From an uncultured Candidatus Binatia bacterium (lineage in GTDB: Bacteria > Desulfobacterota > Binatia > Bin18): DNA of 64,000 nucleotides. The position numbers and the translations under genes are program-made. Numbering within the stretch: the stretch's first letter is position 1; each line of letters begins with the position of its first letter. Shown here piece after piece: positions 1 through 8,927 of this stretch. The stretch is from positions 1,504,001-1,568,000 of the forward strand of contig OZ241744.1 in assembly GCA_965200965.1 (NCBI GenBank). The letters run 5' to 3'. Under the pieces are notes generated by a model. It did no database searches and was not told the origin of the DNA. It saw nothing but the letters and a program-made list of their open reading frames with translations.

Positions 1-2729
1 GTACCCTGTGCGCCCGGGGCCAGGCGGCACTGCAAGGACTGTATAATCCAGACCGGATTCGCCAACCGCTGGCCCGGGACGCGACCGGGACCCTGCAGGC
101 GGTCGCGTGGCAAGACGCCCAGCAGACCCTCGTGGACAAGCTCCGGGCCCTGCGGACAGAAGACCGGCTGGCGCAGACGGCGTTTCTGACCGGCCCGCTC
201 GGCGACAGTCTGCACGGCCTGGTAAGCCAGTGGCTGGGCCGGCTCGGCTCGCAGCGGCTGACCGTCTATGAACCGTTTGCCTATGAGGCGCTGCGCCGGG
301 CGAGTGAACTCTGTTTCAGTCGACTCACCCCCAGCTATGCGATAGACAAGGCCCGATTTCTGGTCAGCTTTGGCGCGGACTTTCTGGAGACATGGCGCTC
401 CCCGGTCGAGTACGCCAGGGCGTTTGGCACAATGCGCAGCAAGCGCGGCAGCTTTGTGCAGGTTGAGCCGCGCTTGTCGCAAACCGGCGCAAACGCCGAT
501 ACCTGGGTCAGTATTCAGCCCGGCAGGGAGGCGTTTCTGGCCCTTGGCATGGCCCGGAGCATTGTTGACGAACAGCTCACCAACGGCGTGTCAGCCGCGG
601 AAGGGCAAAAACTCAGCGCCCTGCTGGCCCCCTATTCGCCGCGGCGCGTTGCCGCACTGAGCGGCGTACCGGCTTGGCGGATTCAACGCCTGGCCCGCGA
701 CTTTGCGGCTCAGCGGCCGAGCCTGGCACTTGGGGCCGGGGTGGCGACAAGCTCACGACAGGCGACGGCCAGTCAGGTGGCCGTCCTGGTGCTGAACTAT
801 GTGGCCGGCAATATCGGTCAGACCGTCCTGTTTGAAGCCGATGACGGCCTGAGTCGGGCGCATCCCTATACCTCGCTCCAGGCGCTCATCAGCGCGATGG
901 AGGACGGGCAGGTCCCGCTCCTGCTGCTGGCCCACACCAACCCGGTCTTCAGCGCGCCCGAGGCCAGCGGATTTGCCAAAGCCCTTGAGCAGGTCCCGTT
1001 TGTCGTCAGCTTCTCGTCTTTTCCTGATGAGACGACCGAGCGGGCCGACCTTGTGCTGCCCGACCACAGCCCGCTGGAGAGCTGGGGTGATAGCAGCCCG
1101 CGGACCGGCGTCCACGCCCTGATGCAGCCGGTCATGGCCCCGGTGTTTGACACCCGGCCGATGGGCGATGTCCTGCTCTCAGTGGCCGCCCAACTTGAGG
1201 CGGCCCCGGAACCCAGCGGGAAGGCCGCGGCTTCCCAGCCGTGGAACAGCTTCTATGCGTGTCTCCGGGACTCGTGGAGAACGATCCACCAGCGGGCCGT
1301 ACAGGGAGCAGAAACCGATTTTGACACCTTCTGGCGCGAGGCCGTGCAGCGCGGGGGCTACTGGGAAGCGGCCCAGCCGCTAGCGGTTGAGCTGTCGCCG
1401 GCCGTCTATGCCCAGACATTTGATGTGCCGGAACTGTCCGGTCCGCCAGGCTCCTCCCTGCCCCTCATGCTGTATCCGTCCTCACGCTATTTTGACGGAC
1501 GGGGGGCCAACAAGCCCTGGCTGCAAGAACTGCCCGACCCCATGACCAAGGCGGTGTGGGACTCCTGGATCGATATCCACCCCCAGACCGCGGCCCGGCT
1601 CGGCATTGAGGACGGCGAGGTGCTGACCCTGCACTCGCCCCACGGCCGGCTTGAAGCCCCGGCCTGCCTGTACCCCCACATGCAGCCGGAACTGCTGGCC
1701 ATGCCGATCGGGCAGGGCCACACCGGCTACGGTCGCTACGCGGCCGGCCGCGGGGCCAACCCGATTCACCTGTTGCCGGCCGACGCTGAGACCGCGGCCG
1801 GGGGCCTGGCCTGGTTCTCGACGCGGGTGCAAATCGCGCCGGCCGGACGCCGCCAGCCCCTCGTCACCACGGCCGGCAGCAACACCCAACTCGGCCGCGG
1901 CATCGCCCAATCAGTCACGGCCGCGGCCCTGGCCGAGCAGTCCGCGGCCGACCCTGGTACGCCGTCCGGCAAGGGGCATGCGCACGACATGTACCCCGAA
2001 CTGGAATACGAACACTACCGCTGGGGCATGACGGTTGACCTGTCGGCCTGCACCGGGTGCGGGGCGTGTGTGACGGCCTGCTACGCCGAGAACAATATCC
2101 CGACGGTCGGCAAGGAAGCAGTAGCCGAGGGGCGGGAGATGGCCTGGCTGCGGATTGAACGCTATTTTGCCGATAGCTCGCCCCGGCACTGGGACCCCGC
2201 CGCCCCGCCGGTGTCCTTTGCGCCCATGCTGTGTCAACAGTGCGGCAACGCCCCGTGCGAGCCGGTGTGCCCGGTGTACGCCACCTATCATAACCCAGAG
2301 GGCCTCAACGCCCAGGTCTACAACCGGTGTGTCGGCACCCGCTATTGCTCAAACAACTGCCCCTACAAGGTGCGCCGCTTCAACTGGTCGCCGGCCGAGT
2401 GGCCCGAACCGCTCCACCTCCAACTCAACCCCGATGTGACCGTGCGAGAAGCCGGGGTGATGGAGAAGTGTACCTTCTGCGTCCAGCGGATTCAGGCGGG
2501 CAAAGATCGGGCCAAAGACGAAAACCGCCCGGTCCGGGACGGCGAGATCACACCGGCCTGCGCCCAGACCTGTCCAACCCGGGCGATTCATTTTGGCAAC
2601 CTGGAAGACCCCCAGAGCGCCGTCTCACAGCACCGCCAGGACCCGCGCGCCTACACCGTCCTGGACCACCTCAACACCAAGCCGGCGGTGACCTACCTCA
2701 AAAGAGTCGTCAGGCACCGAGACGGCTGA
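1..2729 (+). CDS. actB: Alternative complex III subunit ActB (molybdopterin-oxidoreductase-like domain fused to Fe-S domain); 5' end outside window
   Basis: Frame is open from base 3 (TLCARGQAALQGLYNPDR). C-terminal Fe-S motifs CTGCGACVTAC, CQQCGNAPCEPVCP, CVGTRYCSNNCPY and CTFC...CAQTC; followed by an NrfD-family gene. Confidence 0.88.
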   Translation, partial: TLCARGQAALQGLYNPDRIRQPLARDATGTLQAVAWQDAQQTLVDKLRALRTEDRLAQTAFLTGPLGDSLHGLVSQWLGRLGSQRLTVYEPFAYEALRRASELCFSRLTPSYAIDKARFLVSFGADFLETWRSPVEYARAFGTMRSKRGSFVQVEPRLSQTGANADTWVSIQPGREAFLALGMARSIVDEQLTNGVSAAEGQKLSALLAPYSPRRVAALSGVPAWRIQRLARDFAAQRPSLALGAGVATSSRQATASQVAVLVLNYVAGNIGQTVLFEADDGLSRAHPYTSLQALISAMEDGQVPLLLLAHTNPVFSAPEASGFAKALEQVPFVVSFSSFPDETTERADLVLPDHSPLESWGDSSPRTGVHALMQPVMAPVFDTRPMGDVLLSVAAQLEAAPEPSGKAAASQPWNSFYACLRDSWRTIHQRAVQGAETDFDTFWREAVQRGGYWEAAQPLAVELSPAVYAQTFDVPELSGPPGSSLPLMLYPSSRYFDGRGANKPWLQELPDPMTKAVWDSWIDIHPQTAARLGIEDGEVLTLHSPHGRLEAPACLYPHMQPELLAMPIGQGHTGYGRYAAGRGANPIHLLPADAETAAGGLAWFSTRVQIAPAGRRQPLVTTAGSNTQLGRGIAQSVTAAALAEQSAADPGTPSGKGHAHDMYPELEYEHYRWGMTVDLSACTGCGACVTACYAENNIPTVGKEAVAEGREMAWLRIERYFADSSPRHWDPAAPPVSFAPMLCQQCGNAPCEPVCPVYATYHNPEGLNAQVYNRCVGTRYCSNNCPYKVRRFNWSPAEWPEPLHLQLNPDVTVREAGVMEKCTFCVQRIQAGKDRAKDENRPVRDGEITPACAQTCPTRAIHFGNLEDPQSAVSQHRQDPRAYTVLDHLNTKPAVTYLKRVVRHRDG

Positions 2730-2753
2730 ACACCGACGGCTCACCCCTGCGGT

Positions 2754-4625
2754 ATGGAAACCACGCCCCTCAGCTATCGTCAGGTCAACCGCGACTTGCT
2801 CAAGCAGGTCTTTTCAGCCCCGGCCAAGCCCTGGTCCATTCTGTTGGCCTGCGATCTGGCGGTCCTGGCCTTTGGGCTGTACTGCTGGCGATACCAGCTC
2901 GAGGCCGGGCTGGGGGTAACGGGCTTGAACCACCCGGTGAGCTGGGGCGTGTATATCACGAACTTTGTGTTCTGGGTCGGCATTGCCCACTCCGGGACCC
3001 TGATCTCGGCGGTCTTGTTTCTGTTTCGGGCCGGCTGGCGCACCTCCATTGCCCGGAGTGCGGAGGCGATGACGATTTTTGCAGTGATGACCGCCGCCCT
3101 GTTCCCCATCATCCACCTGGGCCGGGCGTGGAACTTTTACTGGCTGCTGCCGTATCCGAATCAGCGTCAGTTGTGGGTCAACTTCCAGTCTCCACTGGTC
3201 TGGGACGCCTTTGCAATCAGCACCTATTTTGCGGTCAGCGCCATGTTCTGGTACATCGGCCTGCTCCCCGACCTGGCCGCCATCCGTGACCGGGCCGGCG
3301 GCCTGCGCCGCACCCTCTACGGCCTGCTGTCCCTGGGCTGGCAGGGCACGAACCGCCAGTGGCTCCACTATCTCAGCGCCTACGGTTTTTTTGCCGCCCT
3401 GGCCACCCCGCTCGTCGTCTCGGTCCACAGCGTGGTGTCGTGGGACTTTGCCATGGCCCTGGTACCGGGCTGGCACAGCACGATTTTTGCCCCCTACTTT
3501 GTGGCCGGGGCGATTTTCTCGGGTCTGGCCATGGTCCTGACGCTGCTGATTCCGCTGCGGCGAATCTTTGGTCTGGAAGCGTATATTACCCCTACCCACT
3601 TCGATAATCTGGGCAAAATGATTATCCTCACCTCGCTGATCCTCAGCTACGCCTATGTCAGCGAGGTCTTCATTGCCTGGTATAGCGGCAACCCGTTTGA
3701 GCGCGCAATTTTCTGGTACCGGGCGTTTGGCGATTACAGCCACCTCTTTTGGCTGATGGTCTGTTGCAACTGCCTTGTGCCGATGCTGCTGTGGGCGCGC
3801 TCGATTCGGACCCATACGCTGTGGCTGTTCGGCATTGCGCTGCTGATTAACGTCGGGATGTGGCTGGAGCGCTTTGTCATTATTGTCTCGTCGCTGGCCC
3901 ACGAGTTTAACCCGTCGGCCTGGGGCGTGTACTGGCCGACGTGGGTCGAGCTCGGCATCACCGCCGGCAGCTTTGCCTGGTTTTTCCTGTGGTTTCTGCT
4001 GTTCATCAAGTTTCTGCCGCTGGTCTCACTGGCCGAGATCAAAGAGCATCTGCCCCTGCCGACCGACCGGCCGCCGACCGGCCCGGACCGGCAGGCAATG
4101 GCACCGGCGCTGACCGGACACGAGAGCGGAGCGGTGGGGATTTTTTCTCAGCTCGACAGCCTGCTTGCGGCCATCACCCATCTCCGCCGGCGCGGCTACA
4201 GCCAACTCAGCGTGGTCTCGCCCTTTCCCGTAGCCGAAATCCAGCGCGCGTTTGGCGCGTCCACCAGCCCGGTCCGCTATTATACCCTTGCCGGCGGCCT
4301 GCTGGGGGCGTGCCTGGGCTTTGGTCTGCCAATCTATACGGCCCTGGACTGGCCGCTCCAGACCGGCGGCAAACCGATGATCGGGCTGCCGTCATTTGCC
4401 ATTATCGGCTTTGAAATGACCATCCTGTTTGGCGCGCTGGCGACCCTGCTCGGTCTGTTGCTGCACGCCCGCCTGCCCGCCCGCCCGATCGCAATCGGTC
4501 AAGACCCGCGTTTTTCAGAAGACTGCTTTGGGCTGTGTGTGGCCTGTACAGGCGCACAGCTGAGCGCGGTCAAGGACAGCCTCACTGTGAGCGGTGCCCA
4601 GGACGTGTATGGCCGAGGTGTGTAA
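2754..4625 (+). CDS. actC: ActC (NrfD/PsrC-family quinol-binding subunit) fused in frame to an ActD (DUF3341) domain
   Basis: WGVYITNFVFWVGIAHSGTLISA, HSVVSWDFA and PGWHSTIF motifs, then a Pro-rich linker and a DUF3341-like C-terminus (SPFPV...DWPLQTGGKP...FEMTILFG...DPRFSED). Confidence 0.88.
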   Translation: METTPLSYRQVNRDLLKQVFSAPAKPWSILLACDLAVLAFGLYCWRYQLEAGLGVTGLNHPVSWGVYITNFVFWVGIAHSGTLISAVLFLFRAGWRTSIARSAEAMTIFAVMTAALFPIIHLGRAWNFYWLLPYPNQRQLWVNFQSPLVWDAFAISTYFAVSAMFWYIGLLPDLAAIRDRAGGLRRTLYGLLSLGWQGTNRQWLHYLSAYGFFAALATPLVVSVHSVVSWDFAMALVPGWHSTIFAPYFVAGAIFSGLAMVLTLLIPLRRIFGLEAYITPTHFDNLGKMIILTSLILSYAYVSEVFIAWYSGNPFERAIFWYRAFGDYSHLFWLMVCCNCLVPMLLWARSIRTHTLWLFGIALLINVGMWLERFVIIVSSLAHEFNPSAWGVYWPTWVELGITAGSFAWFFLWFLLFIKFLPLVSLAEIKEHLPLPTDRPPTGPDRQAMAPALTGHESGAVGIFSQLDSLLAAITHLRRRGYSQLSVVSPFPVAEIQRAFGASTSPVRYYTLAGGLLGACLGFGLPIYTALDWPLQTGGKPMIGLPSFAIIGFEMTILFGALATLLGLLLHARLPARPIAIGQDPRFSEDCFGLCVACTGAQLSAVKDSLTVSGAQDVYGRGV

Positions 4626-5154
4626 ACCCCGCTCCTCGCGCCTCACCGGGGTGAAGTGGGGTCTGGCCGGCCTGCTCGGAACCGCGCTGGTCCTGAGCGT
4701 TCAGCCCGGCCACAGCCTGCCGTGGAACACCGATATGTACGGCCAGTCCGGACTCGCAGCCGGCACGGCCCCGCAGGCTCCACCGGCCCACACCGTCCCG
4801 ACGACCGGGGCTGAGTCGCCCGGGTCGGCGCGGATGTCGGCGCGGATCAGAGCCGGTCTGGGCCTGACAAACCCGAGGCCGGCCTCAGCCGAATCCCTGG
4901 CCAGCGGCAAAGCCCTGTTTCAGATCTACTGCACGGCGTGTCACGGCCCCTCCGGCAGAGGCGACGGCCCGGTCGTGGGCAGGGGCATGCCGTCCTCAGA
5001 CCTTCACACCGCGCGCATCACAAGCCAAAAAGACGGCTATGTGTACGCCACGATCCGCAGCGGTGGCATCATCATGCCCGGCTATGGCCACGCCCTGTCC
5101 ATCACAGAGCGCTGGGATATTGTGAATTACCTCCGTCACCTCCAGGGACAATGA
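4609..5154 (+). CDS. actE: ActE-like monoheme cytochrome c
   Basis: Single CTACH heme motif, distal MPGYG, N-terminal hydrophobic signal; position in act operon. ATG at 4609 chosen as start. Confidence 0.8.
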   Translation: MAEVCKPRSSRLTGVKWGLAGLLGTALVLSVQPGHSLPWNTDMYGQSGLAAGTAPQAPPAHTVPTTGAESPGSARMSARIRAGLGLTNPRPASAESLASGKALFQIYCTACHGPSGRGDGPVVGRGMPSSDLHTARITSQKDGYVYATIRSGGIIMPGYGHALSITERWDIVNYLRHLQGQ

Positions 5155-6407
5155 GCACCCCGGCCACAGTTCGCCCGGGGTCTGCCACCCAGTCCGCCCG
5201 GCTGGTCGGGCTGTTATGGGCCTGTGTCGGCCTCGGCGTGGTGGCCTTTGGGCTGGGCGTCTGGATACACCCCCAGCGCGCCTGGCAGGCCTACTTGGTC
5301 AACTGGCTCTTCTGGTCGGGCGTGGCTCTGAGCGGCACGACATTTGCCGCCATCTTAAACCTGGTCAAGGCGCGGTGGGCCGGCCCGCTGCGCTACCTGG
5401 CCGAGGCCCTGGCCGCCTGGCTCCCGGTCTCTTTTGGGTTGTTTGTCCTGCTGGTATTTGGCACGGCCTATCTGTTCCCGTGGCTCCATGAGCCGGTCAA
5501 GGCCAAACAGAACTGGCTGAATACGGGCTTTGTCTTTTTCCGCGCTTTTTGCGCCCTGGCCATCCTGTACACGCTGAGCCTGGTCTTTGTGTATTACTCG
5601 CTGCGGCCTCGAGCCAACCGCCTTCCTGCTCAGACGCAGCGCTGGCTGGCGGCCGTGCTCGAAATGCTGCGCCGCGACTGGCGTGACGCGGAGACCGAAC
5701 AGACCCGCAGCCGGCGGGTCCTAGGGCTGCTCTCGCCGGTCTTTCTGGTGCTGTATGCGGTGTTGTTCAGCCTGATTGGCTTTGACTTGGTGATGTCGCT
5801 TGACCCGCACTGGATCAGCACCCTGTTTGGCGCTTTCTGGTGCGTCGGCAATTTGTATGCCGGACTCGCAGTTCTCATGGTCGGAGCGCTTGGAGTGCGC
5901 AAGCTCGGCCTCCAGGAGTTGCCCACGCCCGCCGAGTCGCACGACCTGGGCAAGCTGATTTTTGGCTTCTGCCTGCTGTGGACCTATCTGTTCTGGTGTC
6001 ACTATCTGCCGATCTGGTACGCCAATCTTCCAGAAGAAACCGGCTTTGTGCTGCGCCGGCTGGCCTCCCAACCGTGGGCGGCGGTGAGCCTGGTTGTGCT
6101 GACGCTGAACTTTCTGATTCCGTTTCCGGTCCTCCTGAGCAGGCGTGTCAAGCAACGGCCAACAGCCCTCGCCGGCTTGGGGCTTGTCATTGGGCTGGGC
6201 ATGTGGCTGGAGCGCTATGTGCTCGTCGTTCCGTCGCTGTGGCAGCCGACCAGCCTGCCCTTGGGCGTCTTGGAGTTGTGTCTGCTGGCCGGATTTTCTG
6301 GCAGCTATGCCCTGGCCTTTCTGGGCTTCGTCCGGGTCTTTATTCCGGCTGACAACAGCCCTAGGACGCCGGCAGGGCAAACACCACCAGCGCGCTGCCC
6401 TGATTGA
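5151..6407 (+). CDS. actF: ActF membrane subunit of alternative complex III
   Basis: ATGA overlap with actE stop; about 10 TM segments; DLVMSLDPHWISTLFG, HDLGKLIFGF and PIWYANLPEE motifs. Confidence 0.85.
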   Translation: MSTPATVRPGSATQSARLVGLLWACVGLGVVAFGLGVWIHPQRAWQAYLVNWLFWSGVALSGTTFAAILNLVKARWAGPLRYLAEALAAWLPVSFGLFVLLVFGTAYLFPWLHEPVKAKQNWLNTGFVFFRAFCALAILYTLSLVFVYYSLRPRANRLPAQTQRWLAAVLEMLRRDWRDAETEQTRSRRVLGLLSPVFLVLYAVLFSLIGFDLVMSLDPHWISTLFGAFWCVGNLYAGLAVLMVGALGVRKLGLQELPTPAESHDLGKLIFGFCLLWTYLFWCHYLPIWYANLPEETGFVLRRLASQPWAAVSLVVLTLNFLIPFPVLLSRRVKQRPTALAGLGLVIGLGMWLERYVLVVPSLWQPTSLPLGVLELCLLAGFSGSYALAFLGFVRVFIPADNSPRTPAGQTPPARCPD

Positions 6408-8073
6408 CCTTCTCCGGTTTTCCGAGCAGCGTTGTGGCTAATCCGCCGCCGCCGCTCGGCACGGCCACATACTGCCGCCCGTCAAGCTTGTAGGTGACGG
6501 GCTGTCCGCGCACGCCCGAGCCGGTCTGAAAGCGCCACAGCAACTCGCCAGTCTCGGCGTCAAAGGCCAGGGCATAGCCGGCCTGATTGCCACTGAAGAC
6601 CAGACCGCCGGCCGTGGCCAGCGTTCCGCCGACCAGGGGATAGTCGTCCTTGTACTGCCATTTGATCGCGCCGGTTGAGGGATCGATGGCCGACAGGTGG
6701 CCATAGGACGAACCGTCGTCGCCCTGGGTTGCGCCCGGACCGCCTCCCCAGTAGGGAATCCCCTGGACAAAGACGGCGGCCGCTTTGCGCATCTCCATAC
6801 AGCTCTCAATCACCGGCACATACAGCAGACCCGTCCGCGGGCTGTAGGCCGCGGTCACCGAGCCGTTCTGGCCGCCGGCCGCACCCGGACAGATAAACTC
6901 TTGTGGCTCTGGGGTGGGGACATAGCGGGGGTCAACAATCGGTCGGCCGGTCTCGTCCAGGCCCTTGGCCCAGTTGAGTTGATCGACGTATCTGGTGGCG
7001 TGCAGGTATTGCCCGCTGGCCCGGTCGATCACATACAGATAGCCGTTGCGGTTGGGCTGAACGATCGCCTTGATGGTCTTGCCGCTGCGGACGACATCGA
7101 CGAGCAGCAGGCCGGTATTGCCGTCGTAGTCCCAGATATCGTGGGGGGTGAACTGAAAGTGCCATTTGATCTGACCGGTTTGGGGGTCCAGGGCCAGCAC
7201 TGAGCTGGAATACAGGTTATCGCCCTCCCGCACATCCCCGTTCCAGTCGGGGCCGGGGTTGCCGGCCGCCCAGTACAAGATGTCTTGGTCCGAATCGTAG
7301 GCACCGGTGACCCAGGTCGCCCCGCCGCCGCTCTTCCACGAGTCGCCGGCCCAGGTCTCGTTGCCCGGCTCTCCCTCACCCGGAATCGTGTAGCGCCGCC
7401 AGCGGCGTTCGCCGGTCTTGGCGTCATAGGCGTCCAAAAACCCCCGCACGCCATAGTCGCCGCCGGCAATACCAACGATCACCAGGTCTTTGACCACCAG
7501 CGGCGCGCCAGTGCCGCTATAGCCCCGGTGATATTTTTCAATCTCCACATTCCACACCACCTCGCCCGTCCTGCGGTCCAGGGCAAGCAGGCGAGCGTCC
7601 AAGGTGCCCATGTAGAGGGTGTCAGCGGCAATCGCCACGCCCCGGTTGCCCGGACCGCAGCAAATGCGGGCATCGCTCGGCAGTGGGTGATCGTATCTCC
7701 ACAAGACTTCGCCCGTCCTGGCGTTAAGCGCAGAGACGTGGTTGTAGGCGGCCGAGACGTACATCACCCCGTCGGCGACAATGGGAGCGGCCTGAAACTG
7801 GTACGGAATCCCGGTCTGGAAGACCCAGGCCGGGCTGAGTTTTTTGATGTTCTGCCGGTTAATATCGGTCAGCGGACTAAAGCGGGTGTTGTCATAGTTG
7901 CCGCCATACATCAGCCAGTCACGAGACTCGGCCGTGCCGGTCAGCAGTCGCTCTTGGCTGACCGGTTGCAGTTCAGGGGCGGTGTCGCCAAGTGTGGGGG
8001 CAGCGGCATGAACCGCCAGCGGCAGCAGCAAATGACCAACAAGCAGGATTCGAGACACGCACCGGGATCGCAT
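6361..8073 (-). CDS. PQQ-dependent dehydrogenase, methanol/ethanol family (type I, no heme domain)
   Basis: Signal peptide, vicinal CC (ICCGPGNRG), Trp-docking repeats, GNPGP and HDIWDYDG; adjacent to the pqq operon. Confidence 0.92.
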   Translation of the reverse strand: MRSRCVSRILLVGHLLLPLAVHAAAPTLGDTAPELQPVSQERLLTGTAESRDWLMYGGNYDNTRFSPLTDINRQNIKKLSPAWVFQTGIPYQFQAAPIVADGVMYVSAAYNHVSALNARTGEVLWRYDHPLPSDARICCGPGNRGVAIAADTLYMGTLDARLLALDRRTGEVVWNVEIEKYHRGYSGTGAPLVVKDLVIVGIAGGDYGVRGFLDAYDAKTGERRWRRYTIPGEGEPGNETWAGDSWKSGGGATWVTGAYDSDQDILYWAAGNPGPDWNGDVREGDNLYSSSVLALDPQTGQIKWHFQFTPHDIWDYDGNTGLLLVDVVRSGKTIKAIVQPNRNGYLYVIDRASGQYLHATRYVDQLNWAKGLDETGRPIVDPRYVPTPEPQEFICPGAAGGQNGSVTAAYSPRTGLLYVPVIESCMEMRKAAAVFVQGIPYWGGGPGATQGDDGSSYGHLSAIDPSTGAIKWQYKDDYPLVGGTLATAGGLVFSGNQAGYALAFDAETGELLWRFQTGSGVRGQPVTYKLDGRQYVAVPSGGGGLATTLLGKPEKVNQGSALVVFALPAS

Positions 8074-8222
8074 ACTTCCCCCTATGGTCGGGCAAACAGG
8101 GCTGCCCGTGTTGATTTGGCCGACAGAGCCACAGAGTTGACCGGCAGCCTACTGGCTTTTCCGAGCACGATCAAGGCAAAAGTGCCCTGACAGGCGGTTT
8201 GCCGCCCACCCGGAACCTGTGC

Positions 8223-8571
8223 TTACTCCCAGCTTTTCCACACCTGCGGACAATAGCCTACTGTGGCCTGTTTGCCGTTACGCACGACCGGGGTGTTGCA
8301 CAGCAGGGGATCTTTGAGCAGCGCGGCCTCAATCCGCCCGGAATCAAGCGAGGCGTGGGCCAAACCCCGGTCAACAAAGCGCTGGCAGGAACGGTTGAGG
8401 AGTTGGTCAAGCGGGACGCTGGCCGCTGGCCGCCACCGAGCGCAACTCGCCTTTTGACAGGCCCGTGTCGGCGAGGTTGACGAACTGAAAACGAATCCGG
8501 CGCTCTTTGAAAAAACGCTGGGCTTTGCGTGTCTCGGTACATTTTTTGAGACCAAAAATCTGGATATTCAT
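8223..8571 (-). pseudogene. ArsC/Spx-family protein, frameshifted by a 7-bp tandem duplication
   Basis: ATG at 8571 reads MNIQIFGLKKCTETRKAQRFFKERRIRFQF...LSKGELRSVAAS, then shifts frame. Removing one CGCTGGC unit (8417-8430) restores VPLDQLL...TPVVRNGKQATVGYCPQVWKSWE. Confidence 0.8.
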
Positions 8572-8770
8572 CGGCTCACCGTCCTGGTGGGTGATAGCAA
8601 CAGTATATCAAAAATGCCGGGCCAACATACGCCCCTGTGCTGACCGTTTGCGGCTTGACTTTCCGGTCGAAATGGATAATGTTCCGGTCAGCCTGATTCT
8701 TGCCTGTGGACAAGCCTGTCTGCATAGGCTAGATATGGCATACAGTCAGCCCAGGAAGGAGGTCTCAACC

Positions 8771-8848
8771 GTGGAATGGACGATGCCCGATTTTGAAGAA
8801 GTGCGGATGGACGCCGAAGTCAGCATGTACATTTTGATCTCGGAGTAG
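8771..8848 (+). CDS. pqqA: PQQ precursor peptide PqqA (MEWTMPDFEEVRMDAEVSMYILISE)
   Basis: AGGAGG RBS, GTG start, WxxPxF and E-x-x-x-Y (EVSMY) motifs, directly upstream of pqqB. Confidence 0.92.
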   Translation: MEWTMPDFEEVRMDAEVSMYILISE

Positions 8849-8927
8849 TTCCGAGCAGTCCGCCTTGCTGCAAACGGGCTTCTCTGTAGCCGGGGAAGCC
8901 CGTTTTTGCATCTATGAGGAAGAGCGT

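Noticed and set aside
132-2729. ActB as a catalytic molybdoenzyme starting at 132
   Set aside because: The frame is open to the window edge, so 132 is not the start; the act context indicates the typically Mo-free ActB scaffold.
6361-8073. Naming the dehydrogenase xoxF, mxaF or exaF
   Set aside because: The motifs diverge and no partner genes are present; a phylogeny is needed.
8655-8682. TTGACT...GATAAT promoter for pqqA
   Set aside because: The spacer is only 14 bp to GATAAT and the alternative -10 is weak; not supportable.
8507-8848. 113-aa ORF in the track
   Set aside because: Only the last 25 codons (PqqA, with its own RBS) are credible; the rest overlaps the intergenic region and the ArsC gene antisense.
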